In this document: positions 48,708-62,694 of the stretch, piece by piece
How the letters are laid out: each line of letters opens with the position of its first letter
How positions within the stretch are numbered: the stretch's first letter is position 1
Assembly (NCBI GenBank): GCA_977020255.1
Contig: CDROCS010000715.1
Location: 558,001-622,000 of the forward strand
From: Obrimoposthia wandeli
Taxonomy: Eukaryota
Length of the DNA stretch: 64,000 nucleotides
Direction of reading: 5' to 3'
Made by a program: the position numbers and the translations under genes
Notes under the pieces: model-generated
Seen by the model: only the letters and a program-made list of their open reading frames with translations
Database searches by the model: none
What the model was told of the DNA's origin: nothing

Positions 48708-50479
48708 GGCAGCTGTGTAAATATACACCTACCAGAAGTGACTTCTATTTCTAATACACAATAAATAAACTCACCCATTAAATCCATTGACGCTCGATGA
48801 TCGTATGTACGAATTTAAATTGACTTGATTATAGAAATTACTTTCATATTTTATCAATACTGATATTGGATGCGGACTATGCTTCTAACACAGTTATACA
48901 TATAAGGTGGCCCTCTGATTGGTTATTTTTATTTGATCTTAATTCACGTAATTGACATTAGGAAGGAAACGTCGTTTATATTCAATAATGACTTTCGCCT
49001 TATAAATGGGGAAAACGTGTTCGACTAATATTTAGCGGTATTGGGTAAGTTATATTTAAAATGTTACGTTACTTAGATACTATTGAAATATAGCAATATC
49101 GTTTTATTATCTATTATTTTACTACACACGTGACAAATAATTAGTTTTAGTCAAAAATTATTTTTTAAATTAACATTATTTCAATATTTATTATGAAAGT
49201 TACATTAAAATATAAAGAAAATATCAATGTTGTATCGTAAAAGTTGTAATTTCAGGAATGTGTCATTGCGTATTCTATTTCTTCATGGTGAATAAACGAT
49301 GGATCCTTGATAGGAGCACCTGAAGTTAGTATAACATTATATTTTCTGAAAAATATTTCACTGGTAGTTAGCGCTTCAACGTAAAACATTTGAATTTAAG
49401 AAATTATACACTTGTAGTTCTAAGCTATTGCTGATATTGTAAACAACAACATCACTCTAATACATTTTTCGGGTGGAAGTTATTCAACTGACCGCACTTG
49501 TTCTGACTGATTTTAATCGTATTTTTTATATGAACGTTAGTGTTAACTAATTCACCTTATTAACATCTTACCCCAATCGAACTGTAAAATAGGGATGCGA
49601 GTTTGTCATCGTTTCAGTTAATGAATTTGTGAATTTTATAATCTACTTAGTTAATAATAAATTCACTAAAAGTTGTAAAAGTATTACTCAGAGGTACCTA
49701 AATATATTTTTGAAGCATGGATAAAATTGTTTAAAAAATATTAGCAAAAGTAATATAGTTATATTACTTTGTCATAAATAATAATATAACTACCCTACAC
49801 TGCATTTTAGTAAAAAACAACACCATTTTAATCCATTCTAGTTTGCGCAAAAAGTTATTTAAAAAATATTGTTCTCATAGAATTGTTTTTTTGACTAATG
49901 TCAGGTAAAACATACAGATTAAAAAATACCATACAGTTAAATTCCTTCATATTTCTATTCTTCACATTTTCTATATAATGGTACGGTATGTTTACCCCAA
50001 AATAGTCCACACATCTATAACACTGATTTTGTGCGATTTCTGTTTTACTTCATTGTGTATAATGATAAGGTTAAAAATTAGGCTAAGTCGTTGTCAATAG
50101 TAACCATTTCTTTTTTTCAACTTTCTGTTTTTTTATTTCAGAGTTTACTTATATCACTACACCTGTCATCTTACATAAAAACGGAATAATAAAGCATACT
50201 GGAAAGAAAATGATAGATAAGGGTACAAATACAATTCAATTAAAATCCCAAGTAGTAACACTACCTCAACCTAATGTACATAATGATTCAAAAGATAAAC
50301 CTTCCATAAAAACTAAAATACAAAATATATCTCATCTGAAAGTATTATCAAGTAAAAATATAGCTAAAATCGATGTTTACCTAACTACATATGGCGAAGG
50401 TATAAATAATAAAGAAAATAATATTATTTTCAAATCAGATAATATTAAAAAATTCGAAATTATGATGTCATGAAAAGCG

Positions 50480-50970
50480 TTAAATCAAATGGGTTTTATG
50501 TTTAATACTGTAAATAATGATGGTTTCTTAGAATCTGATGATAATGGGGTTTTACAAGCTCAAACATAAATTCTTCATACTTGTCAACCAACGACTTTTG
50601 ATTATTATCATTATAAAATCACTCATTTAAAAAATTAATTAGTATTGCTGATTATTTTAATAATGGTAATGTATATTTGTTATTAAAATACATTAAATCT
50701 GAGTGCGAAGTGATATTAGAATTTTTTAAGATTATAAGCTTTTTAAATTCAAATTAAAACCCAATATAGTTAATGTGAATATTTTTTAATGAGGGATAAA
50801 GTAAAGCCCAAATGCATCACCAGTTTGATCACCTGTACGTGTATACTAGTCTCACAGAACCTATTTACGTTGGCGGTTCTAAACTTCCTTTATTAAAATC
50901 TATAATACCAATAAACTTTAGCCATAATGCTAAAACCAATTTAACACTACATATCCGTCAACACGTATAA
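50480..50970 (+). pseudogene. Minor capsid (penton) remnant, Polinton C
   Basis: FDHLYVYTSLTEPIYVGGSKLPLLKSI and TNLTLHIRQ, homologous to 31352-31804. Confidence 0.75.
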
Positions 50971-51009
50971 AGAATATCATCATCATTTTCAAACATACAA
51001 TTTAATCAA

Positions 51010-51351
51010 TTCAAATAGTGGACTGCAAACTAGTGGTGAACTACCTTATTTTCAAGGCAAACATGATGGTTGAGAACTCTGGTCGTATATATTTCCCAAT
51101 TCTCAAAAGGTTGGGACATATAGGTGTAAATACAGCTTCTGATATTATAATGAATAAAAAAATATATAATACCTTCATTGAAACAGCATGGTATTAATGA
51201 AATTTCCGGACTTTTACCAGTAGCAACAATATCATTCAACGAAGAAGTAACAGTAGTTAAAAAGAAACGCGCATCTAATAGACCATCACAAGAGGAAAGT
51301 AAGCAAGAATGTAGTGGTAGCATAAATAAAAGATGGAACAAATTTGAGTAA
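51010..51351 (+). pseudogene. PZ-like remnant, Polinton C
   Basis: SGELPYFQGK..GWLRTL..YFPILKRLG after frameshift correction, homologous to 31782-32155. Confidence 0.7.
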
Positions 51352-51353
51352 AA

Positions 51354-51960
51354 ATGATAACTGCATATGGTAAATCTGAATTGTATTTGTTTGATAGATC
51401 AGCACCTCAAATTGTAGTTGAGAATGGATGCTTTGAAGATATTTATCCTATTAATACAATTAATACAAAACTATCTGCAATTGAATTTAAAATTTCAGGT
51501 TCTGATGTAGAATATCTTGATTTGAATGATACATTGTTACATATAAAATAAAATTCGTTAAAAAGGAGGGTACACTACTAAGTGAAGCTGATAATATTAC
51601 ACCAAGTAATTTAATTTTTCACAAACTATTTAAAAACTTGAAAGTTTTATTGAATTCTGAGAAAATAGAAAGTAGTTATGATATGTATGTTGTAAACTCA
51701 ATTATAGAAACCATTCTTAATTATGGTACGATACTAAAGAAAGATTCCTTTCATGTATTGGATATGACTCTGATGCAGATGAACGTAAAAAGTGAATTTC
51801 TCGATCATGTAAGTTTGAAATATGTGATTCAATTCTTCAGATTTCTTTGGGCAGCTTAAATATATTTTACCAGGTATCAATGAGATTAAAATTTATAATT
51901 AATAATCCTCAATTAAGCCTTACATCTAAAAATGTAGAAGCTAGAATTCAGTCAATTTTC
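51354..51960 (+). pseudogene. Major capsid protein N-terminal part, Polinton C
   Basis: MITAYGKSELYLFD...QIVVENGCFEDIYP...IEFKISGSDVEYLDLNDT, ITPSNLIFHKLF, IIETILNY. Confidence 0.85.
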
Positions 51961-52225
51961 AATCAATCAAACAAGAAAAAGTTTCCAATCAGACAGAATC
52001 AAATGACCATTTAAACAGATTCAATCAAACATATTCAGACATAAGTTTGTAATATATTCAGGTAGAATCAAACAGAAATTACCACCCAAACAGATTCAGT
52101 CAAACATATTCAGACATAATCAAATTACCATTCAAACAGAAGTTATTAAACATAAGTTGGTAATATAATTCAAACAGAAATTACCATTCAAACAGATTCA
52201 ATCAACATAATCATTCAATCATTTG
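51960..52225 (+). repeat. Degenerate minisatellite (aaacagattcaatcaaacat-like units) interrupting Polinton C
   Basis: Recurrent aaacaga(tt/aa), tcaaacata, ttaccattcaaacaga and cagacataa words. Confidence 0.75.
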
Positions 52226-52629
52226 TTAACCTTTTTTAAATATTGTCTACATGTGTCTTTATTTATGAAATTAATTTAAACTTATTTCGAGGAAGTGGTC
52301 CGGTCCAAAAGGATGCAGAGTGGTCTAGCTGCGAAAACAGACCTCGATATCTTTTAAATAACAGCAACAATTTTATAAAATTTAATAATCATAAACGTAG
52401 TGTAACTCCGCCATTTAAAGATTCAACATTAGTTTCTAACTATCCAACAAATCATTTTGCCGTCAATACAGACGATGGGTATGCTACTAAATCAGTTAAA
52501 AAATATTTGAAAGATTTGAAAAAATTAAACTTGTTTTTAGAAACATTAAATAAAATTAAATTTAAAAGCCGCAAATGCAAAGATATTAAAAAAAAATTAA
52601 ATCAAAAAGCAAGAAGTCTCAAACTATTT

Positions 52630-53960
52630 CACAATATTAAATCACTTAAACATAAAGTTGAATTTCTCCATGATCCAGAAATGTATAACATATGTGAATT
52701 TGGCATTCATGGGTGTATTAAATTTATTAATAAACATTTTTGCAAAAACATCTTCTGATACATCACTACTTTACATATATATTAATAATTTATATGGTTG
52801 GGCATTGAGTCAGAATTAACCACATGCAGACCTCTCGTAGGTTGAAAGTACTTACTTTGTCGAGTTAATTAAATATACTGGATCTAAAACGATATCCGGT
52901 GAAATGATTGATTTGAGTAAATAAGTATCTGGGTTTTTGCTTGAAATTAACCTACATATTCCTAATCACTTGCATGATTTTCTTGATGAATTTCTTATTA
53001 CACCAATTAAACAGTGTCCTCAAAGTTCTAAAGTTAAGAAGGTTACTATTAACTCATGAGGATAAGAAAAACTATATAATACATTTTTAATTATTACAAT
53101 TTCATATGTTACTTGGAGTTAAAGTTACTCAAGTATATAGAATAATTAAATTTCATCAAACACCAATATTTAAAGAATGTATTAATATGAATTCAGTGAA
53201 ACGTGCTCAGTTTACAAATGCTTTTCAAAGCGCATATTATAATCTTAAAAATAATTCCATTTGCGGTAAAACAGCAGAGAACTTGAAAAACAAGGTTGAT
53301 ATTCGGCTTTGCAATAATGATAGGCAGTTTGTTAAAATCCATGGTTTCGTAAACACAGAAAATTTTGATTAATTTAACCTTATATATATATGAAAAAGAA
53401 GGAAGTTTGTCTTAATCGACTGTCATATATTGGTCAAGCTGTTCCTGATTTATCAAAATTGGGAATGTATCAGCTCCAATATATTCAACTTGTTAAATAT
53501 AGAAACCTATTTAATTTTATAAAAAAACACCGATTCATTTTTCTTTGAAGTTTATAATATAAATCAAGATATATTACTTAAGCATATGATTGATGATGAA
53601 TTGCTTGATATTAGTATTTACCCATCAGATCATTCATTATATACTGATAAATTTAAAGGCGTAATTGGGAGGTTTAAAGATGATAATGGCGGTATAGAAA
53701 GTTTTGATGAATGGATATTCTTAAAAACCTAAATGTTATTCATTATAGACTTATCAGAGAGCAAAGGGCATATCACAGAATTTAATCATGATAATTATCT
53801 AAAGTTTTACTTAGATGGTTTATCTGAGTATGTTAATCAATCTACAATTGGCTCTATTAACCACCAACTATACACAATAGACAAAAATAAGCTTGCTCTA
53901 TTTTGTTTTTGACAAAAAAGGAAATGGATTGATAAAAAACACTAATTTAGCTTTTAGTCA
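52630..53960 (+). pseudogene. pPolB C-terminal half, Polinton C
   Basis: EFLHDPEMY..CEFGIHG, INNLYGWALSQ, KVKKLLLTHEDK, LKNNSICGKTAEN, VIGRFKDD, FLKPKCYS, KNKLALFCF*QKRKWI. Colinear with 32893-33588 and extends beyond it. Confidence 0.9.
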
Positions 53961-54462
53961 TTATTGACTATATAATAACCTATAAATTTGTAAATATAAC
54001 ATTTGTAAATTTTTTTTTGTCATCACTTATTTGTCTTTCATTTGTATTTTTTAAGCGTTGTATACAATACATATTGTGACTTATACTGTCTTTTTCGTTA
54101 TATAGAATTGTTTTGGAATGGAAGTAATTTATGTAAATAATCACATGCTGAATAATAAAAATAAGCATGTGATTATCTAATCAAATAAAATTAAATAATA
54201 AAATATTATAAATAATAAAAAAATTAAATAGTAATAATTATAGTAATAATTAGGATGACGATGATGGGTGGGTAATAAAAGTAGCAAGGAAGGTTTATAA
54301 AAAGTTTTAATATGTTAAAAGAAAAAAGGAATTGTTTTAAATAATTTAAAAGAAATAAATGATCTTCATGAAAGCGGTTGTTAATGCTTGGTTTAAAAGT
54401 TTGAAGGTAAAAAGATTGATTAAAAGTTGTTAGGGAACAGTTTTTAAATAAAGTTAAAAGTT

Positions 54463-55434
54463 ATGGTGATGAAGATATATCAATTTATGGATATATTTTT
54501 TAGACTTATGAAAGTTTTTACATCGTATGTTATGGCTATAGGCAATGTTATGAAAATAAAGTTAAACGTTTTTATGACTTATAATTCGTCTTATATTATG
54601 TATTACGGGAATTTAACTATAGTTATATATCAAAAGAATTCAAACATGGTTGCAGAGCGTAACAGAATCTACGCAAGAATATACGTAACAAGATGGTTCC
54701 AGAACAATGTTCCTGCTAAGTTTGACGCTAATCTCCCAAGGTGCAATTATGCTGATTTGGTTCTACTTCCTGATAATGGTACATTGATTTTACCTTGTAT
54801 GGGATTAATGCAGTTTGATAATCAGAATACAGAGCGTACAAAGGATCAAGTGAAAAGAATTTCGTTTATTCTTTCTTGCAATGGTACAAAAGTAAAAGAA
54901 GTACAAGAAGGCAAAAGATTACGTATATATGCCAATTTGAGCCAAAGTATGAACCTCGGTGAAATATTCAAAGTGACCTGTGAAGATAAATGGAGATTTG
55001 TTTTGAAGATAAATGGAGCTACCAGCTGTAATGTGCAACGTCCAGAGGCCAATAAGACATATACAAGCTTCACAATGTTGGTTGGTTGGGTTTCAGAGCG
55101 TGAAATAATGCTGTCGAAGCACCGAATTGCAGCTGTGAATTATGCCCACATCAGTACGTACCTTTTTCTATATAAATTAGCCAACATTCTGCGGTTTTTC
55201 ACATCATCGATCTTTGATATCCAGAACGGGGAAATTAGACATAGCTTCTTTCAGCTCATCGAGAAAGTTCTATCAAGCAATATTAGGAGCACAACAATGT
55301 TCGTCAAGGACTGCAAAACCGCTGCAAATTCGTTGAATGGTCTCGATGTTCTCCATAGCATCAATGAGCCAACGGCTGCTGCAACTGCGTACAGACTAGA
55401 GGAAGGTGGAGTCGAAGAGGTTGGGCCTTTTTAA
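54463..55434 (+). CDS. Uncharacterised intronless ORF ending in an HSP70 ATPase-domain fragment
   Basis: 323 codons open (likely start M at about 54646). C-terminal [28 protein letters not shown] matches HSP70 [25 protein letters not shown]. The rest is not HSP70-like. Confidence 0.5.
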   Translation: [323 protein letters not shown]

Positions 55435-55949
55435 CTATTTTTATTACCAGGACCCACATTGTCATTTTCTAAATTTAATTTTAAAAGTAAAGAGTTCATT
55501 GTAAAGTTAAGATGTTAAATTTTTTAACGTTTCAACATTGTAAGTCCGTTTATATGTCAGGTTGATGAGGAGCGTCTAGCCAAAAAATGTATGCCAAATA
55601 TAAGATTTAATTTGGTGCATAAAAATTATCGGCGGGAAAGTTTAGAGGATTTTTTAGAATCTTTAGTAGTTATAAAGGAATTATGGGTTTTAGCGACCAT
55701 TTCTACTCTTATGTTTGATTTAGTAGATGAAATTTTTAAAAAAGAGTTACTAAAAAGGTTTAACATGAAGTATCTCGCAAAGAATCATGCGTTATCAGAG
55801 CTGACATCTGTCAAGTTAATGTTTCAGAATAAGATAAGATCTGGTTCGAGTACAAAAACATATTTAAGACCAGAAGCGGTTCAAGGGATTAATGGACAGA
55901 AGGTGTCCGGGGAAAAACTTACTTAGATATTTTACAAAATTGGATAAGC

Positions 55950-58230
55950 GATTATAAAGGATTCAAGGAGACCTTTGACTCATTACTTGACGATTCATAT
56001 GTGGAGATTTTCAGTAGATGGCAGGCACGATCCGTGAAACTATCTAAGCCGACATTGGTGGAGGTCTATAGACGAAGTTGAGGACGGGGACAGCGTGCAT
56101 CCAAACGCAAGGATGGTGGCCGTGGCCTTAGGAAAGGTGGTTATAACTTTTCAAGAAGAGCAGCAATGTCAAGAAAAGATAATTGTCGAAAGAATGACAG
56201 ATACGATAGCCAGCGATGTCGATGTTCGGATGCAGAGGAGAAACCAATAGAAATCAGATGCGTTTATGAAGATGGAATAGTGGAAGAATTATCATGGAGG
56301 TCGAGCGGTGAAGTCCGAAAGAGGAAGTGCGCGTTCAGCGGTGGTGATATGATTGGGGATCATGGGGCGACTGGAGAAGGTAGTGATGCGGTCAATACGT
56401 TTTATGCATAGGGGGACATATAAAGGTAGTGCCCTTGAAACAGAATTGTACAGGAAAGGACGCAATGGAGGAGATTCAGAAGCGATGTGGGTTGGAGGAG
56501 GAGAATTGCTGGTTACAAATCCAGGGAAGGAAAGTGGAGATGAGAGAGAGCATTGGTGAAGGCAGCAATATTGTCTTAATGATGAGTTTGAAAGGGGGAA
56601 TGTGAGAGGAAAACAACGAGAGCGCTGAGAGGGTTACAAGATTGGATATAATATTGATTGGGGATGAATGGACGGAAGCACGGAATACGAAAGAGGATTC
56701 ATACAAGATAAAAAGGTATAGTGATATCGTACGAAGATTCAGTGACCAGAAAAACATAGAGTTGGAACAGGCAGTGGAAAACAAAGACCAACTCAAGATA
56801 AAGGAAATAAAGAGTGATATTGCAAAAGCAGAAAAGGAATTTGAAAGTAGAACCACAAAAGAGGTTAAGAATATGAAAGACGAAACCAGAGAAAATAAGT
56901 CAGTCCAAAATGTGTTGAAGGGGCTAAAAAAGATTAGCATTCCATATTTCTTCGGGGACTATAAGGTATACGAAAGTTCGAGGGCAATATTCGGCACTGT
57001 GATAGATAAAACAAATGCTCCGAAACAAGAAAATATGTTACAATTGATGGAATACGTGAAACAGGAGCCTTACAAATTAATCAACAAGTTGCTGAGAAAA
57101 TTGCCAATGTTAGGAGTGATGGATTGGACAAAATTGATACAACAAAATAGAAGAAGAAAATGTATGTACGTTAAAGAGATGGGTGCAGCAAGAAATTGAA
57201 AATCTAAGGAGAGCAAACTAAGTTAACGGAAGTCAAAGGTACATGCAAAAAGTAAACATTATTCATGAAACCAATATGAGACGAACCGTCGAGTTTGAAA
57301 AAGGGGCGAGAAAATTCGTGAGAAATGCAAAAGCTAATATCAGAATTAGTTCTGGACAATTTCCAAGGAAGGGGAAAGAAATAAGATGTCTAAGGTGTAA
57401 TAAGGAGCACTATACGGATAAATGTGAAGAATTGAAAAAATTATCAGTAGCGGAACAAAGACAGTGGGTTTAAGACAAGGAACGTTTATGTCAAAATTGT
57501 TTTCGAAATAATCATGATGTAGCCAAATGTAAGGTGGATAAATTGAGTAGAAGGAATGAATGCACTAGCAAACATTAATGGATACTACATGTCAATGAAG
57601 AGCGAAATTATCAGACGCACCCAAATTCTTTTTTAAAGAGGAGCAAAAGAAGAGAATACATTCGTGGCGTTAAGAACAGTATCGGTTATAGTACGACATA
57701 AAGGTCAAGAATTGGTGGTTAACGCCTTGCGATAGTATGCGACCGAGCCATCGAGACGGTGTTAAATTAGCAAAAGAACTCACGATTGCGTTGGAGTTAC
57801 AGTTGAAAGAGGTAAAGTTTTGGTCAGACAGTATGAACGTACTGTGGTGGATACGCCAGCCAGGGCGTTATTATAATGCATTCGTGGCTAATCGAGTAAG
57901 CATTATACAGGAGGAGACGAGTATAAGTCAGTGGAGGCACGTACTCACAAAATTAAATCCGGCGGACATAATGTCAAGAGGAGCCGATGTTCAGCGATTG
58001 AGCCAAAACAAGTTATGGTGGGAAGGTCCCGAGTTTTTATTAGGTCAAGAGATAGGGTAGCCAAAACAATCAACACAAGAAGTGATGTCAACAGAAGTGG
58101 AAAAGAAGCGAAAAGTGATAGTGACACATTTTACGCAGAGGATCGTTGGATTCAACATAAGTAAGCATTCGACACTCGCAAGGTTACAAAGATGTATGGC
58201 GTGGATAATACGTTTCACAAACAACCAAGA
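55950..58230 (+). mobile_element. BEL/Pao LTR retrotransposon remnant (gag, zinc knuckles, protease start, RNase H end)
   Basis: CLRCNKEHYTDKC and CQNCFRNNHDVAKC knuckles; VALRTVSVIV...VVNAL protease start cut at the catalytic Asp; FWSDSMNVLWWI, FVANRVSIIQE, QWRHV...NPADIMSRG, LWWEGPEFL. Confidence 0.9.
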
Positions 58231-61200
58231 TTTCCCTAACTACCATGGAATTATCCTAACTACCATGTTATTTTCCTATCCTTAAACCACTCAACTACCA
58301 CGAGATTTACCTAACTACCACGATATTATCCTTTAATCATCTAAAATGACTTATAATAATCTCGTTCAAAATCATTGTTCTATGTATGAAATCTAGTCTA
58401 CATCCTAAGCAATCCGGGGGTACTTCTTTGGATAATGAGTTAAAAGGCCAATGGAATCCTCCTAAAACCTTCTAAATATATCAAATTGGGTGAACATATC
58501 AATAATTTCTCTAGAATCACATAAAAATCAAATATTTCCGGAAAATATAAATTATTTCTCTTATAGAACCACTTAAATATCATAATCTGTGAATCTCTAA
58601 TCTGTGAAAATTGGGATTATTAAAATATATTCACCCTCAGAGTTAATAATAGTGTTGATCAATAAATATCCTTCACCTGCGAATTATTCAAGCATCATCA
58701 CAGGAACAATTCCATAGTAGATCCTGCTGTAAGGACATGAAAGCGCACGCAATCCTATGATAATATCTTACCTGGAGAAGATATTGATAAGTTCAGTCAT
58801 TGGTAGTAGTCTTGTTGTAAGCACACCCGGATCCAATAAAGCCACATAAAGAGATTCATACTTTCTCCACCGTATTGATCACATTTTGCTGGAAGTTATT
58901 GATTAGTGAACATTCTCTGATATCATCATATGGGCTAAATTTTCATTAAGCCTACTAAACTGAATCAAATACACACTCCATCAATGTGTGCTGTTCCCTA
59001 AATGTCTTGAATCAACTGAAAAATTCCAAGCAATGCTAATAAATATTACTAAATCTCACATAATTTCTTCCCTAGAACGTGCTAAATATCATAGGATTCC
59101 TGGACATATTCTTAATTTCCTGAATACATCAATAGTTTTAGAACATAATATAGAACATATATTTGTTAAATATGATAAACAATATCGATATGGAATTGAA
59201 AAAGATAGAGATCTAGTGTTTTTTAATTAGAATTTTGTAAATACCTTTTATTTCTTGTAAATATTCAGACACACATGCACACACACAATAGCCTATATGT
59301 TCTATTTTTCTTGTTCTGTCAACTTGTAATTTTTTGTAAGTATTCACACACGCTCACACACAATATTAATATAGTCTATTCCCTGCTCAACCAATCTTCC
59401 AGCAATCAGAAGACATTCCAGTAGATTACTATACTCCAATTTCTCTCAGCTAAGTTTGCTATATGTGTTATATTTCCTTGCTCAATCAATCTTCCTGCAA
59501 TCAGAATACACTCCAGTGGATTACTATAGTCCATCCTTCTAGGTATGTTTACTATATTAGCTATACGTTGTTATAAATACCCCGTTGATATTTAGTATCT
59601 ACTTTAGCTATAATTTTCTAATGAAAGTAATACATAACACTTTGTAACCATGATAAAATCGATGAATATAAGTTATATTCTACATTAGAAATATTAATAC
59701 CTTAATTGAGATTGAATAACTGTAATCAATAACATGTAGAATATTGATATATTCTTAATTTTAGTTAAACATCTGAGATTTCATAGAATATTGATATATT
59801 CTTAATTTCAGTTAAACATCTGAGATTTCATAGTTTCTTTAGAAAACATAGTATGTTGAGATGAGGAGAGAAGATGAAGTTATGAAGAGATAAGATGAAG
59901 TGATAGCTACATTTTAGTAAATATATATATATCTTGTTATGATGCAGCAAAATCACAAATACTTGTAACCATAGCAAACATATATTTGAATTTGCGGGCA
60001 TTGAAATTGTTGCATTAAAACACATTTTTGATATGAAGTAGTAAAATCACTATACATGATCAGCTTTGCACATGTAATTAGATATCTGGTAATATACATA
60101 AGCTTTATTAAGCACATACAAACTTACACATACATATATGATTAAGCTTTACATATAAACATACACACACATACAATCATGATTAAGCTTTATTATATAT
60201 GTGCAAGGGATGTCATCTGATGTGTTTGTTAATCTACTAGTAATCAAATATGCTCACATACATACATTTAATTCTTAAAGTTATTTTATAAAATCAAAGT
60301 AAATCATGTGTAAATACTTATAGAACTTGATTTATTTTAGTTACTCATAAAATACAAGTAAACTATTTAAAGTAGTTTAAATTTTAATAAAATGTTTCCA
60401 AGTGTCAACATTTGTCTAATAATTTACACACACATGCCTGAGTGATGTAACCAAATGCCAACATCTGTCTAATTATTCACACACACATGCATGAGTGATG
60501 TAAGTAAGTGGAAAACATATTAAATGGAATTTACATCATCATTGATGTAGTAAAACAAATTTTAATTAACAATTGATAATAAAATTTTGAATTAAACACG
60601 TGATATATAATAACCTAGACACATTCACCTAATTTATATTAATTGACTTTAAATAATCTAAGTATGAAATTGATGTATTTAAACTAAGTGTCTTTATAAT
60701 GTCTTTATGATGAATTGTTCCAACACGTGCTAGAACGTTTAAATAAATTTATATAATACTTATCAGTAGATATCTTAATTTAGTTGAATAAACTTTGTAA
60801 AAGTTTTATTACTTTATTTAAAAGTAATTGATTTTGAAGTCATTAAGTTTTGAAGAAAATAAGTTTTTGAAGAAAATAATTTTTTATGAAAATGATGTAC
60901 AATTGATTTAAAAACTTTTTAATTTTAGCGCCAACATTTTTTAAAAATTTAAACAAAAATTTTTTAAAAAAAAATTTAAAACTTTTTGGAAAAATGTTTT
61001 TTTGAAAGTTTTTGACCCTTGAAGGTCCACCCTCGAAGGTCTAATCAAAGTCAGATCAACACTATTATATATAACTTTGAAAAGTAGAAAAATAAAAAAT
61101 TTGAAGGTTTGGACCCTTGAGGGTTCATCCTTGAAGGTTTTAGACCCTTTGAGAGAACCCTATTCGAATAACCATATTAAAGAATCAGCTCAAAGAACCA

Positions 61201-61800
61201 ACTCGAAGATTCAGCAATAAGAAGTATCTTAAAAGAAGCAACTCAAAGAATTTATTTAAAAGAAGCTACTCAAAGAACTTCCTTAAAAGAAGCAACTCAA
61301 ATATCCAGCTCAAAGAAGTACCATCAAGAGTGAGTAACCACGTGCTTATAGTCGTTGTGCTGAAAGACACATGTTCTCAATATGTGAAAGGGAAAAATTC
61401 ACAAAGGACAAAGCACATCACGTGTACTCATATTGCAAACAAGTGCAATTATTTGTAAATCACATAGTCACGTGACATTTTCATCATATCTGTGTGAGTG
61501 TGTGTTTTTCTCTTCCTTGTATTGAAGTGTGTGTGCGGTTAATGACAGCAGATGATGAAATAATCACATCACTCTGCCGCTGGATGGATTTGTTATAAAT
61601 AAATGTATCAAGCTGAAAACGACTTGAAATATATTGATGTCAAATTGAGTAAACTGAATATCAAATTGAGAAGACTGAATATAAAATTGTGAAAACAATT
61701 GTTATAAATAAATGTATCAAGCTGAAAACGACTTGAAATATATTGATGTCAAATTGAGAAAACTGAATATAAAATTGTTGAATTGCCAAAATCAAATGTT
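58230..61800. repeat. Cluster of short tandem/direct duplications
   Basis: ctaactacca units (58235-58325); 60-bp pair at 59379/59474; 47-bp tandem at 59737-59833; about 51-bp pair at 60400-60505; ttaaaagaagc(a/t)actcaaa x3 (61228-61300); about 80-bp pair at 61590/61699. Confidence 0.85.
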
Positions 61801-62694
61801 AAATTGTAATAATTAAATTGCTGAATCAACTGAAAAATTTTGTGTCACTTTGTAGTTTTATAAGACAGGTTAAGATGTGGTAAACACTGGCGACAACCAA
61901 ATCTATCAAACACACAGCGATCTAAAATGTTCAAAATATCAGTCACAAATTGTTCAAGCAGTCACCAGTAAGTCGTTATCTGTGTAACAGTTTTTTTAAT
62001 AATTTCCAAAAGCATGGACACAAATAAACATAATTTAGACATACACTAAGGACCGATTGAAAATCACTTAGATGTAGCAATCCGAGAGACAGAGTTTGTC
62101 GACATGGGAAAGCATGCATATTGTCAACCGTACTGTTGTTGAAAGAGTGGTGCAGATTTAAGTATCGACTGGTAGAGCGCTGGCCATGACGACATGGTCG
62201 AATTGTCGAAGCGGCCTGGAGAGAGGAGCGGTCAAGGAGAATACCAATTGTTATGTCCGGAGACAGGGAGACAGACCGTGGTATCTGTTGTGGGTCGAGG
62301 ATGGTAGCGAATGCCAACTCGATGGGCGCAACAGTCATCATCAACAGCGGGCTTTGGCAGGCGCTGGGATGTCGGAGCAGCTGGATAAGCGGCAGGCAGT
62401 ACAGAGGAAGATAGGGAGAGCCTCCGTGGTCGCCTGTCACAGCCGAGGGAGATTCCTGCTGCATATAGTTGTGCTGTTGTCGTTGCTGCTGGCGATGTTG
62501 TTGCCACATATCAGCCGGAGAGATGGCAGTGGCGGCAGATAACACCACTCTCTTGATCAGGCCAACATCAGGATAGTGGAGGGCGGCTCTGCACAACCTG
62601 GATGACTTTGTGCAGGTAAGTGCCTTTTATTTATTTTTTTCCTTTTTTATCTCTGACTTCGCGGGCATTTTGCAAAGCCAGATATTCATCTGGC

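Larger units (their letters stand above)
50160..53960 (+). mobile_element. Older Polinton remnant C (penton, PZ-like, major capsid N-half, pPolB C-half)
   Basis: Homologous to element B genes but heavily decayed. No TIR found and boundaries are approximate. Confidence 0.85.

Noticed and set aside
61976-62596. 206-aa minus-strand ORF and overlapping ORFs in the GC-rich island
   Set aside because: No recognisable domain. Long ORFs in several frames are expected at this GC content, so it is not called as a gene.
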